From Candidatus Finniella inopinata (GTDB lineage: Bacteria; Pseudomonadota; Alphaproteobacteria; Paracaedibacterales; CAITNM01), in assembly GCA_943322985.2 (NCBI GenBank), contig CALPGA020000004.1, positions 10,686 through 74,685 of the forward strand: 64,000 nt of DNA. Reading direction: 5' to 3'. Below, piece by piece: positions 20,156 through 30,466 of the stretch; the first letter of the stretch is position 1; every line of letters begins with the position of its first letter. Under the pieces are notes generated by a model, which saw nothing but the letters and a program-made list of their open reading frames with translations, was not told where the DNA came from and ran no database searches. The translations under genes and the position numbers were made by a program.

Positions 20156-20289
20156 TTTTAAACTCGCTCTTCTTTTGATTGAATTTTTCTATTGCGCTTA
20201 CTGATATAGTGAATAACAATGTCAGTAATGAAAAAGCATCAGTATCTCTATCTTGGCAATGGGTGTAAATACCGCTACATTTCACCAAG

Positions 20290-20366
20290 TGCACCCGTAG
20301 CTCAGCTGGATAGAGCGTTGCCCTCCGAAGGCAAAGGCCGTACGTTCGAATCGTATCGGGTGCGCC
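20290..20366 (+). tRNA. tRNA-Arg (anticodon CCG)
   Basis: Manual cloverleaf: GCACCCG acceptor, D-arm GCTCAGCTGGATAGAGC, anticodon stem TTGCC/GGCAA with loop CTCCGAA, CCA encoded. Confidence 0.9.
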
Positions 20367-20391
20367 AGAATTATTTTACGAGAAATTAATC

Positions 20392-21129
20392 ATGCAACTT
20401 GCTGAAAAGTCCTCCCCATTAGTTGATTTTCAAGATGTGAATTTTTCTTATAAAGGATCAAAACAAGACGTTTTGCACAAGGTTAACGTCATTTTTAGGT
20501 CGCATTCATTTTATTTTTTAACCGGGGATAGTGGAATGGGGAAAACCTCATTCCTAAAATTAATTTATAATGGATTGTTGCCTACAACTGGAAATATTAG
20601 TGTTTTTGGGATTAATACCAAAAATTTAAATATTAACTCTCTGCCAGATTTTCGCCAACAAATTGGCATTGTTCAGCAAAATTGTGAACTTTTTGAACAT
20701 CTGACCATTCAAGAAAACGTAGCATTAGCCTTGAAATTACAGGGAGTGACAGCAAAAAAAGCAAATATGTATGCAGAAGAATTGCTTGCTTGGTCAGGAC
20801 TTGGTGACTACTTAAAGCGCTTTTCTAAAGAACTATCAGAAGGTCAGAAACAACGAGTAGCAGTTGCACGCGCAGTCATTCGAAAACCAAAATTATTATT
20901 GGCAGATGAACCTACAGGAAATGTTGATGAAGCCCAATCAAAACGATTAATAGGGTTATTTAAAGAATTAGTCAAAATGGGAACAACAGTCATAATTGCA
21001 ACCCATAATCGACAGCTTGTTGCATCTAAAGGGTATACTGAATATCGCTTAAGACATGGAGATCTCAGGGAATACAGTGCTTTAAGAGGAACATCTAGCT
21101 TAACTGCACAACTAATGAGGAAGGCATGA
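20392..21129 (+). CDS. ftsE: Cell-division ABC ATPase FtsE
   Basis: Walker A GDSGMGKTS, signature LSEGQKQR and Walker B LLLADEP. It overlaps the following FtsX-like gene by 4 nt. Confidence 0.8.
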   Translation: MQLAEKSSPLVDFQDVNFSYKGSKQDVLHKVNVIFRSHSFYFLTGDSGMGKTSFLKLIYNGLLPTTGNISVFGINTKNLNINSLPDFRQQIGIVQQNCELFEHLTIQENVALALKLQGVTAKKANMYAEELLAWSGLGDYLKRFSKELSEGQKQRVAVARAVIRKPKLLLADEPTGNVDEAQSKRLIGLFKELVKMGTTVIIATHNRQLVASKGYTEYRLRHGDLREYSALRGTSSLTAQLMRKA

Positions 21130-22013
21130 TGTTTTCAATGCCAAAAGACCTTCCACTTCTATACGATAAAAATCGTCGTACTTTTATGTTGATATTGTCG
21201 GTTTTAATTGGGTTACTTTACTTAGCGAGTATTTCTTCAAATGGAGTTCGTGATTTTATAAAGGCATGGCAATTTAGTCCTGAACAAGAAAATTATGTAC
21301 TTATTCCTTACAGTGGTAGTGCCACACAATTGAAAGAAGATACTGCAGAATTAGAGAAGTTCTTAAAAAAATCTCCTCTTGTTAAAAGCTTTAAAAAGAT
21401 CGATGAGCAATCATTTCAGAGAATGTTTAGTCCTCAGTCTACTTCAAGTAAATCATGGATAGAATCCATTCCATTTCCTATTTTTATTGAATTGAATTTA
21501 AAGTCATCATCTCAAAAAAAAGTAGATCTTATCGAAAAACAAATTAAAGAGATGGTTCCAGATGCACAGGTATACACTCAACCGCGCTACTCTGCAGAAT
21601 TTGTCTCATCATTTCAAATTTTAAGTTACATATTAAACAGCATTATCGTTTGCTTTATTGTTGCATTTTTGGCTGTTATGGTGCTGATGACTCGCGCCAT
21701 TTTTGCTCAACAAGAACAAAATATTGAACGTCTTTCGTTGCTAGGAGCAACTCCAATTTACATCAAGAAATTATATTGTTGGTTTATGGCAAGGTGTATT
21801 TTTCTAAGTTCAATATATGGCTTTTTTGGTGCAAGTGTGGCCTGTTGGGTCATTTATATGGCTACACAGCACATGGCCTTTTTCCCTTATGGTTTTGCAG
21901 CTCCTTCATTACTATTGTATTTATTGTTACCATGCTCTTGTCTTGTTGTTGGGGTTGGTATTACATATGTACTGACAACAGGTCTGTTAAAAAAATTATG
22001 GTCATGCGCTTAA
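21126..22013 (+). CDS. ftsX: Cell-division permease FtsX-like
   Basis: One N-terminal TM segment, a periplasmic domain and three C-terminal TM segments, coupled to ftsE. Confidence 0.7.
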   Translation: MMFSMPKDLPLLYDKNRRTFMLILSVLIGLLYLASISSNGVRDFIKAWQFSPEQENYVLIPYSGSATQLKEDTAELEKFLKKSPLVKSFKKIDEQSFQRMFSPQSTSSKSWIESIPFPIFIELNLKSSSQKKVDLIEKQIKEMVPDAQVYTQPRYSAEFVSSFQILSYILNSIIVCFIVAFLAVMVLMTRAIFAQQEQNIERLSLLGATPIYIKKLYCWFMARCIFLSSIYGFFGASVACWVIYMATQHMAFFPYGFAAPSLLLYLLLPCSCLVVGVGITYVLTTGLLKKLWSCA

Positions 22014-22570
22014 AATTACTTATTCTCTTGGTCACATTTTGTGTGTGGTCTTATGGTTTGTTTGATTTTTATCGAGACACTCAGAGTTTTTCTTACATTA
22101 ATAGTCAGGTAAATGGAATTGTTATTTTAACTGGTGGGAAAGATAGAATTCAAACCGGTATGGCTCTTTTTAATCAATTGCACGCTAAACGGATTTTGAT
22201 TTCAGGTGTTGATAAAATTGTTAACTTAGCAGTGATAAAAGATAAACAACTCAAAGGTTATGATCATCTTTATCAGTTTACTGATTTTGGATATGGCGCT
22301 GTTAATACATTTTCTAACGCGCTTGAGTCTGCTGTCTGGGTGCGAAATCATAAATTTAAAACAATTGGTTTAGTCACAAATCGTTTTCATATGCCAAGAA
22401 GTCTTTGGCTTTTTAAAAAAACAATGCCCGAAATATTAATTTTTCCTATTGTGGTTGAAGCGGATGAAGCAGGTCTTTTTTACTTACTACGCGAATTTCA
22501 CAAATACAATCTGACAAGGTTTGTTAGTAGATTTTTATTTGACTCTGAGAGAGAATTGATAGGTCTTTAA
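21998..22570 (+). CDS. DUF218 (YdcF/ElyC-like) domain membrane-anchored protein
   Basis: N-terminal TM segment, ILTGGKDRI...ILISGV core. ATG 21998 overlaps the ftsX stop. The ORF-track extension back to 21776 lies inside ftsX. Confidence 0.6.
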   Translation: MVMRLKLLILLVTFCVWSYGLFDFYRDTQSFSYINSQVNGIVILTGGKDRIQTGMALFNQLHAKRILISGVDKIVNLAVIKDKQLKGYDHLYQFTDFGYGAVNTFSNALESAVWVRNHKFKTIGLVTNRFHMPRSLWLFKKTMPEILIFPIVVEADEAGLFYLLREFHKYNLTRFVSRFLFDSERELIGL

Positions 22571-22717
22571 GATGCCAAACAATTTTGAGGAATTGTAGCA
22601 TCATAAAATTCAAAAAAAAATAGTAGATTCAATAATATTTAGTAAAATTTTATGTATACATATGTGTATTCTCTAGGTTACGCTATACTAAGAATATGGA
22701 AGAGCACATCTGCATAA

Positions 22718-24691
22718 ATGAGATATTCAATCTACACGACTTATTTTTTTCTACTTCTAAGCTCCTGCATGAACAACGCAGAAAAAATGGAATCTGTTGA
22801 TCCAGCAGGAAGCGCAGCTAGATTAAATGATTTAAGCGAAACTGATCTTACTAAAGTTAGTAAAGAAGAGCTTCCCTCAATTTCTGCTGAAGAAGTAAAA
22901 TCCATTCTTGAAAAAAATACCATTGCTTCCGAAGTTAAGGAAGGCATTTATGCAATGCAACGAGGTGATTACCAGGAAGCTTCGAAACTTTTTAATACAG
23001 CTTTGCTTGATGATCCTGCTAACTCATATCTTCATTTTTTAAACGGTTTGAATTATTTACATAAAGCAGCGGCTGGAGATTTAGGTGCTAGAGATTTGGC
23101 ATTGATGGGCTTTCGTTACGCGATTGTTTATGATCCATCAAACGTGTTGGCTCACAAACGTTTAGGATACATGTATTACCAAGCAAAAGAATACAATAAG
23201 GCTCAGCAAAGCTTTGCGGAAATCTTGCTGCTACAGCAACCAGATGTGAAGTCATTATATGCACTGGCGGCTGCTTCTTATTATAACCATGATTTGAAAA
23301 CTGCCTATGCAGCTATTACCAAAGCTGTGAATTTGGCACCTGAAAATCCATTTGTATTGAAGGCAGCAAGCATGATTGCTGCTGCACTTAATCAACCTTT
23401 AGAAGTACAAAATTTTAGAAATAAATACGTTGCTGCAAATAAAAAAGCAGATGGTTATCTTGATAGACGATTACACCAGTGGATGAACGTCCATAATAAT
23501 CCAAACTTAATATTAACTGCTGCTTCTTCTGACGATGATTCGAACGACGATGAGGGTGATGATGATTCGGCAGCAGATACGTCTGGTGATGCGGCAAGTG
23601 CAGATCCATTGGCAGGTGTTGGTGGTGGAACTGCAGCCACTCCAATTGCTAAAAAACTCGGAGCTTATAACGCAAAAAATCCTGATACTTTTGTAGTTGA
23701 TTGCGCAATTATGAGAGTAAGTGAGCAAGGAAAAACTTCAAAAGGAACTAACATTTTAAATTCAATTAATGTTGTTTTTAACCCAGGAACCTACACAAGC
23801 ACTCGCACATGGCGTAACATGCCTGGGCAAAGTCCCACTGGTTCTACTTCGAAAAGTTTCAATCAAGGGTTTGGTCTAAGCCAAGCAGCTGGCGCTGCTT
23901 ACAGTTTGAATATATTTAATGTAACTGATACGCGTATAGAAGTTGTAGCAAGACCAACATTACTTGCAGCTGTTGGTAAAACCTCTGAATTTTTTGCCGG
24001 GACTGATTTGATTGCAAATATTGCATCTGGAACAGGTACAAACAGTATTGAAAGGTTGCCGGTTGGATACCGAGTTACTGTAACACCAATTGGGTCTCGT
24101 AAAGACAAAAATGGGGTTTTAAAAATTCAGTTTGATGTGCGTGTGGAGGGTAACACAATTGGTGTTCTTAATGGTTACGGGGGAGCAGCTTCGGCTACTG
24201 CATCTGCTTATAGTCAGATAAACCATAGTTCAGTGTGCACAACTGTAGAATTAGCATTTGGTGAAACTACTATTTTAGCTGGTATCTATGACAGAGAAGA
24301 TAATTCATCGAAAAATTACACTCCTGTTCTGGGGCAAATTCCTGGAGTAAGCATGTTCTTTTCAAACGATACAACAGATAGCATACGTAAATCTGTTGTG
24401 TACATGATGACACTTCGTCCAACAGAAAAAATGCAAGAAGATGCAAATATGCTGAACGATGGAAAACGAATGAGTCCAGAAGTACGTGAACTTCAGCTAA
24501 AAAACATTAGCTGGTTTAGCACAGTTCCAAACTCTGCGTTAATTATGAAGGGTTTGTCCACAATTTATCGTGAATTTAGAACGGGTGATATCCCTAATAT
24601 CTATTGGTCGGCCGAAGAAATGGGCTCTAAAGGTGTTGAAGGTGGGGCAGATAATGAAATAAGTGAAGCCGTCAAAATGATGGATTCCTAA
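22718..24691 (+). CDS. Lipoprotein with N-terminal TPR repeats, an acidic low-complexity linker and a C-terminal secretin (T2SS/T3SS/T4P secretin C-domain-like) module
   Basis: Lipobox LLSSC. TPR-like helices span residues ~75-240. The linker reads SSDDDSNDDEGDDDSAAD. The C-terminus has VTVTPIG...TTVELAFGETTILAGIYD...TPVLGQIPGVSMFFSN...VVYMMTLRP, matching the conserved secretin gate and S-domain pattern. Confidence 0.6.
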   Translation: MRYSIYTTYFFLLLSSCMNNAEKMESVDPAGSAARLNDLSETDLTKVSKEELPSISAEEVKSILEKNTIASEVKEGIYAMQRGDYQEASKLFNTALLDDPANSYLHFLNGLNYLHKAAAGDLGARDLALMGFRYAIVYDPSNVLAHKRLGYMYYQAKEYNKAQQSFAEILLLQQPDVKSLYALAAASYYNHDLKTAYAAITKAVNLAPENPFVLKAASMIAAALNQPLEVQNFRNKYVAANKKADGYLDRRLHQWMNVHNNPNLILTAASSDDDSNDDEGDDDSAADTSGDAASADPLAGVGGGTAATPIAKKLGAYNAKNPDTFVVDCAIMRVSEQGKTSKGTNILNSINVVFNPGTYTSTRTWRNMPGQSPTGSTSKSFNQGFGLSQAAGAAYSLNIFNVTDTRIEVVARPTLLAAVGKTSEFFAGTDLIANIASGTGTNSIERLPVGYRVTVTPIGSRKDKNGVLKIQFDVRVEGNTIGVLNGYGGAASATASAYSQINHSSVCTTVELAFGETTILAGIYDREDNSSKNYTPVLGQIPGVSMFFSNDTTDSIRKSVVYMMTLRPTEKMQEDANMLNDGKRMSPEVRELQLKNISWFSTVPNSALIMKGLSTIYREFRTGDIPNIYWSAEEMGSKGVEGGADNEISEAVKMMDS

Positions 24692-24720
24692 TCTTTATTC
24701 TCATAACCATTTTGTGCTAC

Positions 24721-24750
24721 AAAAGAGCTAGGTATCTAGCTCTTTTGTTT
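24721..24750 (+). terminator. Rho-independent terminator-like hairpin ending 1 nt before the thrS start codon
   Basis: aaaagagctag (24721-24731), then gtat, then ctagctctttt (24736-24746), followed by gttt. The thrS ATG is at 24752. Confidence 0.6.
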
Positions 24751-24751
24751 T

Positions 24752-26668
24752 ATGGTCTCCCTACGTTTAAAAGATGGTTCTGAAAAAGTATTTGATAAAT
24801 TACCAACAGGTGAAGAAGTTGCGTTTTCAATTTCACCAAAACTTGCAAGGGAAGCTGTTGCAATACGGGTAAATGGTGATTTAAAAGATTTAAATCAACC
24901 AGTTCCAGATGGTTCTCAAATTGAAATTATTACTAAAGCCACTGAAGAAGGGCTTGAAGTTATTCGTCATGATACTGCGCACGTGTTTGCGCAAGCTATA
25001 AAAGATTTATATCCAGATACTCAAATAACCATTGGACCAGCTATTGAAAATGGTTTTTATTACGACATTTACCCCCAAAAGCCTCTTTCGGTAGATGATT
25101 TACCAGCCATAGAAAAGCGCATGCGCGAATTGGTTGATGCTGATATTCCAATTGTTCGTGAAGAATGGAACCGCGATGATGCTATACCATTTTTTAAAAA
25201 CATGGGTGAAAATTTTAAAGCAGAAATTATTGAAGGAATTCCTCAAGGGCAGCCTATTAGCTTGTACCGACAGGGGGATTTTATTGACCTATGTCGTGGC
25301 CCGCATTTGCCATCTACAAAAAAGGTAGGGCATGCATTTAAGCTTATGAAGCTTGCAGGTGCTTACTGGCGCGGTGACCACCGTAATGTAATGTTACAGC
25401 GTATCTATGGCACGGCTTGGGCTACTCAAGCACAGCTAGATGAATACCTACATATGTTGGAAGAAGCCGAAAAACGCGACCACCGTAAACTAGGGGCAGA
25501 ACTTAATCTTTTCCACATGCAAGAAGAAGCAATTGGTTCTGTATTTTGGCACCCTAAGGGTTGGACGATTTACCGTACCCTAGAAAATTTTGTGCGCCGT
25601 CGCATGGAAAAAGCTGGTTATGTCGAAGTCAAAACTCCTCAGTTGGTTGATCTTTCCTTATGGGAAGCATCAGGGCATTGGGAAAAGTTCGGTGAGAACA
25701 TGTACACCGTAGAAAATGACGAAGACAAAGTTCTGGCCATTAAACCAATGAACTGTCCATGTCATGTACAAATTTTCAAACAAGGTCTGAAAAGCTATCG
25801 TGATTTGCCGTTACGTATGGCTGAATTTGGTTCTTGTCACCGTAACGAACCAAGCGGTTCTTTGCACGGCATTATGCGTGTGCGTAGTTTCGTGCAAGAC
25901 GATGCGCATATTTTCTGTACACCCGAGCAAATTATTTCAGAAACTAAAGATTTTTGCGATTTGTTAAAAGGTATATATAAAGATCTAGGGTTTGATAGTT
26001 TTAAAGTAAGATTCTCTGATCGCCCTGAAAAGCGTGCAGGCACTGATGAACTTTGGGACAAAGCAGAAGAAGCCTTAAAAGCAGCAACCCAAGCAGCAGG
26101 CATTGAATATAGCTTAAACCCCGGTGAAGGTGCTTTTTATGGTCCGAAGCTAGAATTCGTTTTGAAAGACTGCATAGGTCGCGAATGGCAGTGTGGAACA
26201 TTACAGGTTGATTACAGTATACCAGAGCGCTTAGACGCTACGTATGTAGGGGAAGATGGTCAAAAGCATCGACCAGTTATGCTTCACAGAGCAGTTCTAG
26301 GGTCAATGGAGCGCTTCATTGGCGTGCTTATTGAACATTACGCTGGAAAATTTCCTGTCTGGTTGGCACCTGTTCAAGTGGTTGTTGCAAGCGTTACAAC
26401 GGAAGCGAATGATTACGCTATAAATATTTGTGAGCAACTAAAAGCAAAAGGCATACGAGCAGAACTTGATATACGCAATGAAAAAATCCCATATAAAGTT
26501 CGCGAACATTCTTTGCAGAAAATTCCATACATTTATGTGGTTGGTAAACGCGAAGCAGACGAAAAAACCGTTGCGATTCGTAAACTAGGTGGTGAACAGC
26601 AAAATGTAATGGCTTTTGACCAAGCAATGCAGGAATTATATGCAGAAGCTAATGCCGTTGTTTGCTGA
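24752..26668 (+). CDS. thrS: Threonine--tRNA ligase
   Basis: TGS domain at the N-terminus, editing domain, class II core (FHPKGW-like WHPKGW, MNCPCH, HRNE, GTLQVD) and an anticodon-binding domain. Confidence 0.95.
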   Translation: MVSLRLKDGSEKVFDKLPTGEEVAFSISPKLAREAVAIRVNGDLKDLNQPVPDGSQIEIITKATEEGLEVIRHDTAHVFAQAIKDLYPDTQITIGPAIENGFYYDIYPQKPLSVDDLPAIEKRMRELVDADIPIVREEWNRDDAIPFFKNMGENFKAEIIEGIPQGQPISLYRQGDFIDLCRGPHLPSTKKVGHAFKLMKLAGAYWRGDHRNVMLQRIYGTAWATQAQLDEYLHMLEEAEKRDHRKLGAELNLFHMQEEAIGSVFWHPKGWTIYRTLENFVRRRMEKAGYVEVKTPQLVDLSLWEASGHWEKFGENMYTVENDEDKVLAIKPMNCPCHVQIFKQGLKSYRDLPLRMAEFGSCHRNEPSGSLHGIMRVRSFVQDDAHIFCTPEQIISETKDFCDLLKGIYKDLGFDSFKVRFSDRPEKRAGTDELWDKAEEALKAATQAAGIEYSLNPGEGAFYGPKLEFVLKDCIGREWQCGTLQVDYSIPERLDATYVGEDGQKHRPVMLHRAVLGSMERFIGVLIEHYAGKFPVWLAPVQVVVASVTTEANDYAINICEQLKAKGIRAELDIRNEKIPYKVREHSLQKIPYIYVVGKREADEKTVAIRKLGGEQQNVMAFDQAMQELYAEANAVVC

Positions 26669-26782
26669 TTAAAAACTGATACTTTGAAATATTTTACGTT
26701 ATTTGAAAAATTTAGTTTTTTTGTGTAAGTTCTATATAACTTATGTAATGAATTAACTTAAATTAACTACAAAGGAAATTTT

Positions 26783-27007
26783 ATGAAAAAGTATACATTA
26801 GCACTATTATCAGCAACGGTTCTTTCAACTGCTTTAAATGCGATGGACGGCGCGATAGAAGTTGCTGCACAATTAGCAGCACCTAAGCATGATGCGAACG
26901 GTATAGCTATGTATGATCCTGCAATACTTAACTTGGCATTAGGTTTTGGAATGGAACATCCAGAATTAAAAGCTCAAGCAGAAGCTATAATGGCTGCTAT
27001 GCACTAA
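26783..27007 (+). CDS. Small secreted hypothetical protein (74 aa)
   Basis: Signal peptide MKKYTLALLSATVLSTALNA, with the SD sequence aagga upstream. No recognisable domain. Confidence 0.45.
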   Translation: MKKYTLALLSATVLSTALNAMDGAIEVAAQLAAPKHDANGIAMYDPAILNLALGFGMEHPELKAQAEAIMAAMH

Positions 27008-27071
27008 GATGCTTTAATTAAATATACAAACCTGCATTTTTTTAGGAGAGATGTAGGTTAAGTTTTGTTAG

Positions 27072-27497
27072 TTAGCCATAAGATTTTTTAATGCTTTGAC
27101 TAAGACCCAAAATACAATCCCACTGCTCAGGCGTGACTGGCATAACTGAAAGCCTTGACTGCTTGATTAAGCCCAATTCTTGTAATTGGGCTGTTTTTTT
27201 AATTTTTTCCAAAGTAACTGGTTTTTCCAAAGGCTTTACATATTCCATATCAACCATGCCGAATCTGCCTGTGCCATCAGTTGGGTCATCTTTGTAAGAT
27301 GCGCAAACCTTCACAATGCCCATAATTTGTTTTCCGGCAATTGAATGATAGAAAAAGCAAAGGTCACCAATTTTCATTTGCTTTAGAAAATTACGTGCTT
27401 GGTAATTTCGCACGCCATCCCAATGGGTGATTTTTTTCTTTGCTTGGTCATCCCAAGACCATGCGCTGGGTTCAGATTTTACTAACCAGTATGCCAT
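27072..27497 (-). CDS. EVE (PUA-like) domain protein
   Basis: MAYWLVKSEPSAWSWDD...WDGVRNYQARNF is the canonical EVE-domain N-terminus. The start overlaps the gpsA stop (TAATG). Confidence 0.75.
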   Translation of the reverse strand: MAYWLVKSEPSAWSWDDQAKKKITHWDGVRNYQARNFLKQMKIGDLCFFYHSIAGKQIMGIVKVCASYKDDPTDGTGRFGMVDMEYVKPLEKPVTLEKIKKTAQLQELGLIKQSRLSVMPVTPEQWDCILGLSQSIKKSYG

Positions 27498-28489
27498 TAC
27501 TCAAGTTCCTCTTCTTGTTGGTTGCTCAATAATGTGCGCATAACATCATCAACTGATTTTTCTGCATATAATATATCGTAAACAGCACTAATTACTGGTG
27601 CATGAATTTTGTAATGTGTTGCCAAATCAAAGGCAACCTTAGCGGTTGCAATGCCTTCGGTGACATTTTTACGGTTTCCCAAAATGTCTTCCAAGGATTG
27701 TCCTTTAGCCAAAGCTATTCCCAAGCTGGTATTACGTGACTTTGCGCTAGAGCAGGTTAGTATTAGGTCACCAATACCTGCAAGTGTTTGCGCAGTCTTT
27801 TTTGATCCACCAAGAGCGCTAATTAGCCGGCTGATCTCTGCGCTTGCTCTAGTGATAAGCATTGCCAAGCAATTTTGTCCTAACTCTTTCCCCATAACAA
27901 TTCCAGCTGCAATGGCTACAACATTTTTTAAGGCGCCGGCTAATTCAACGCCTACAACATCATTATGTGCATAAATTCTAAATGCCTGATGACGAAGCTG
28001 AATACTTAATTTTTTTGCTAATTCCAAATTTTCAAATGCAAGCGTAGAAGCAGTTGGCAGGCCATTTGCTACTTCATCGGCAAAATTAGGTCCAGAAAGT
28101 ACGCCAACAGGGTTAGGTAATGCTGCTTTAAAAAGGCTTGATAGGGACTTTTGGGTACTTAACTCTAAACCCTTGCTACAAATAATTATTGGGGCAGACG
28201 AAGGAATATACGCTTTAACAAGCTCTAACAACTGAAGGCTTTGCTGAACAGGCGCTACCCATAAAATAATGTCAGAAACAGCTATTTCATTCACATCACT
28301 AGTAATGAAAAGATTCTGAGGGATAAATGTCCCAGGTAAGTATGCTGAATGCCGCAACGTGCATAGCTCATCCACAAGTTCAGGGCGACGCCCCCACAAG
28401 GTAACATTCATGCCTGAGTTATGAAAACTCATAGCAAGGGCAGTGCCCCATGAACCCGTTCCAATAATCGTAATTTTTGCATTTTCCAT
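27497..28489 (-). CDS. gpsA: NAD(P)H-dependent glycerol-3-phosphate dehydrogenase
   Basis: Rossmann motif IIGTGSWGTALA, GPNFADEV and GALKNVVAIAAG motifs. Confidence 0.9.
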   Translation of the reverse strand: MENAKITIIGTGSWGTALAMSFHNSGMNVTLWGRRPELVDELCTLRHSAYLPGTFIPQNLFITSDVNEIAVSDIILWVAPVQQSLQLLELVKAYIPSSAPIIICSKGLELSTQKSLSSLFKAALPNPVGVLSGPNFADEVANGLPTASTLAFENLELAKKLSIQLRHQAFRIYAHNDVVGVELAGALKNVVAIAAGIVMGKELGQNCLAMLITRASAEISRLISALGGSKKTAQTLAGIGDLILTCSSAKSRNTSLGIALAKGQSLEDILGNRKNVTEGIATAKVAFDLATHYKIHAPVISAVYDILYAEKSVDDVMRTLLSNQQEEELE

Positions 28490-28571
28490 GACCGAATTGT
28501 GATGAATAAAAAAATAACTTGCAAGTTTTTTTCAAACCAGGTTCTTTAAAAAGAAAAAAGAATAAAATTAT

Positions 28572-29255
28572 ATGGCATTTTCTGTAGCGATCGACGGGCC
28601 TGCTGGTGCAGGAAAAGGCACCATTGCTAAGTATCTTAGCGAAAGGTTTAATCTTAAACATTTAGATACAGGGCTTTTATACCGCGAAGCTGCGCGTTTG
28701 GTAATAGCAGATGGTGGCAACACTCTAGATGTTGTGCGTTTAGAAGAAATCGCTAAAAAAGTAGATGCCTACAATATTAATGAAGAAAATCTTCGAAACG
28801 AGGAGATTGCATCTGTTGCATCACAAATAGCAGTTGTACCTTCTTTAAGGCGCGTCTTAACACAAAAAATGCGTGATTTTGCTAGTAGTGTTTCTTCAGC
28901 TTACCAGGGGGTTGTACTTGATGGGCGTGACGTTGGTTCTGTGATTTTGCCAGAAGCAGACGTGAAAATTTATGTAACCGCCGATGAACAAGTGCGCGTT
29001 ATAAGGCGCACAAAGGAATTAGGGGCAGTTGCTATGCAGGAAATTCTAGAAGGCATTAAAGCCCGCGATGCCCGTGATGGAAATCGTCAAACAGCCCCTC
29101 TACAAGTAGCAGATGGCGCAATTGTTCTAGATACAACTTTCCTTGATATAAAAGAAGTCTGCGCAAAAGCTGCAGAAATTGTGGAAAATGCATTATCAAA
29201 TTGTGAACCTATAGATAACATGAGCAAAACTTCCTCTTGTTTATCAAAAAAATAA
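28572..29255 (+). CDS. cmk: Cytidylate kinase
   Basis: IAIDGPAGAGKGT-type P-loop (VAIDGPAGAGKGT), LDTGLLYR and DGRDVGS motifs. Confidence 0.9.
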   Translation: MAFSVAIDGPAGAGKGTIAKYLSERFNLKHLDTGLLYREAARLVIADGGNTLDVVRLEEIAKKVDAYNINEENLRNEEIASVASQIAVVPSLRRVLTQKMRDFASSVSSAYQGVVLDGRDVGSVILPEADVKIYVTADEQVRVIRRTKELGAVAMQEILEGIKARDARDGNRQTAPLQVADGAIVLDTTFLDIKEVCAKAAEIVENALSNCEPIDNMSKTSSCLSKK

Positions 29256-29271
29256 TCCCTATATCTAGTCC

Positions 29272-30372
29272 ATGACAAAAATAAATATTATTGGCCAAAG
29301 CCGCGAAGCACTCACATCTCAATTTTCTGAATTGGGGTTACCATCATTTCGTGTGCAGCAAGTGTGGAACTGGCTGTATTATCATGGGGTTCGCAGCTTC
29401 GATGCTATGAACAACATATCAGCTGAAGGTCGAGCTAAGCTTGGTGATATTTACTCTATAGAACGTCCTACGGTTGCTCAAGCACAAGCATCGGTTGATG
29501 GTACTCAAAAATGGTTATTACGCTTTCCTGATGGTCAAGAAGCAGAAACAGTGCATATACCTGAAGTTGATCGCGGAACCTTATGCATTTCTTCTCAAGT
29601 TGGGTGCACGCTAACTTGTTCATTCTGTCATACAGGAACGCAAGTATTGGTGCGTAACCTAACCTCTGCTGAAATTGTAGGGCAGGTTATGGTGGCACGT
29701 GATGTGTTTCATGAATGGCCAACGCCTATTGGAAACCGCCATGTAAGCAATGTAGTGCTTATGGGCATGGGTGAGCCTTTGTACAACTATGATAACGTTG
29801 CAACCGCCATTAAAATTTTGACCGATGAAAAAGGTCTAAGCCTATCAAAGCGCAAAATTACGCTATCTACATCTGGAATAGTGCCCATGATAGAACGTTG
29901 TGGTAATGAACTGGGCGTTAGCCTGGCCATTTCTCTGCATGCTGTGACAGATGAGCTGCGTAATGAACTGGTGCCTATTAATAAAAAATACCCCCTGAAA
30001 GAGCTTTTAGAAGCTTGCAGAAATTACCCCAACGTTAGTAATGCACGTCGCATAACTTTTGAATACGTTATGTTAAAAGGGGTGAATGATTCTGTAGCAG
30101 AAGCCAGAAAACTGGTGCAACTAATTCGTGGCATTCCTGCAAAAATCAATTTAATTCCTTTTAACCCTTGGCCAGGCAGCCCTTATGAATGCTCAACTCC
30201 ACAAGCAATTTCTGCATTTGCTGAGGTTGTGTACAGGGCAGGGTATGCATCACCCGTTCGTACGCCGCGAGGCCGCGATATTTTGGCCGCCTGTGGACAG
30301 TTAAAATCTGAAAGTGTTCGTCAGCGCAAATCTAAATGTTCGGAACTTTCAACAGAAGAAGCAGCAGCTTAG
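29272..30372 (+). CDS. rlmN: 23S rRNA/tRNA (adenine-C2)-methyltransferase RlmN (radical SAM)
   Basis: [36 protein letters not shown] and the C-terminal CGQL motif. Confidence 0.9.
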   Translation: MTKINIIGQSREALTSQFSELGLPSFRVQQVWNWLYYHGVRSFDAMNNISAEGRAKLGDIYSIERPTVAQAQASVDGTQKWLLRFPDGQEAETVHIPEVDRGTLCISSQVGCTLTCSFCHTGTQVLVRNLTSAEIVGQVMVARDVFHEWPTPIGNRHVSNVVLMGMGEPLYNYDNVATAIKILTDEKGLSLSKRKITLSTSGIVPMIERCGNELGVSLAISLHAVTDELRNELVPINKKYPLKELLEACRNYPNVSNARRITFEYVMLKGVNDSVAEARKLVQLIRGIPAKINLIPFNPWPGSPYECSTPQAISAFAEVVYRAGYASPVRTPRGRDILAACGQLKSESVRQRKSKCSELSTEEAAA

Positions 30373-30385
30373 CCATTTTTTAGGC

Positions 30386-30460
30386 TATGAGTTATAAAAA
30401 TTTGATTTATAACTCATAATTCGTTAAAATCTGAGTTATAAATTGTAAAAATATAACTCA
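30386..30460. promoter_or_regulatory. Two palindromes sharing the half-site (T)GAGTTATA(A) in the rlmN-fic intergenic region; candidate operators
   Basis: Perfect 13-bp arms tatgagttataaa (30386-30398) and tttataactcata (30406-30418). Perfect 9-bp arms tgagttata (30432-30440) and tataactca (30452-30460). The fic ATG is at 30467. Confidence 0.45.
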
Positions 30461-30466
30461 CGCCCT

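Noticed and set aside
20103-20294. 63-aa minus-strand ORF between dapE and tRNA-Arg
   Set aside because: It overlaps the dapE 3' end and touches the tRNA. It has no RBS or motif.
21776-21997. N-terminal extension of the DUF218 ORF back to 21776
   Set aside because: The extension lies in an alternative frame of the ftsX C-terminal TM region. The Met at 21998 gives a normal signal/anchor and overlaps the ftsX stop.
22651-22662. 12-bp palindrome tatgtatacata upstream of the secretin gene
   Set aside because: It is made of TA-rich simple sequence and chance occurrence in a low-GC intergenic region is likely. It is noted only as a possible operator to test if the secretin is studied.
23415-23728. 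Three overlapping minus-strand ORFs (61-76 aa)
   Set aside because: They lie antisense to the acidic GAT/GAC-rich linker of the TPR-secretin gene and are a compositional artefact.
27008-27071. Hairpin aacctgca...tgtaggtt between the convergent small ORF and the EVE gene, as a terminator
   Set aside because: The stem is only 8 bp with a G-U pair and the loop is 15 nt. It is too weak to call.
28490-28571. Palindrome acttgcaagt flanked by A and T runs in the gpsA-cmk divergent spacer
   Set aside because: This is a short 10-bp palindrome in AT-rich DNA with no second site or known consensus. It could arise by chance.
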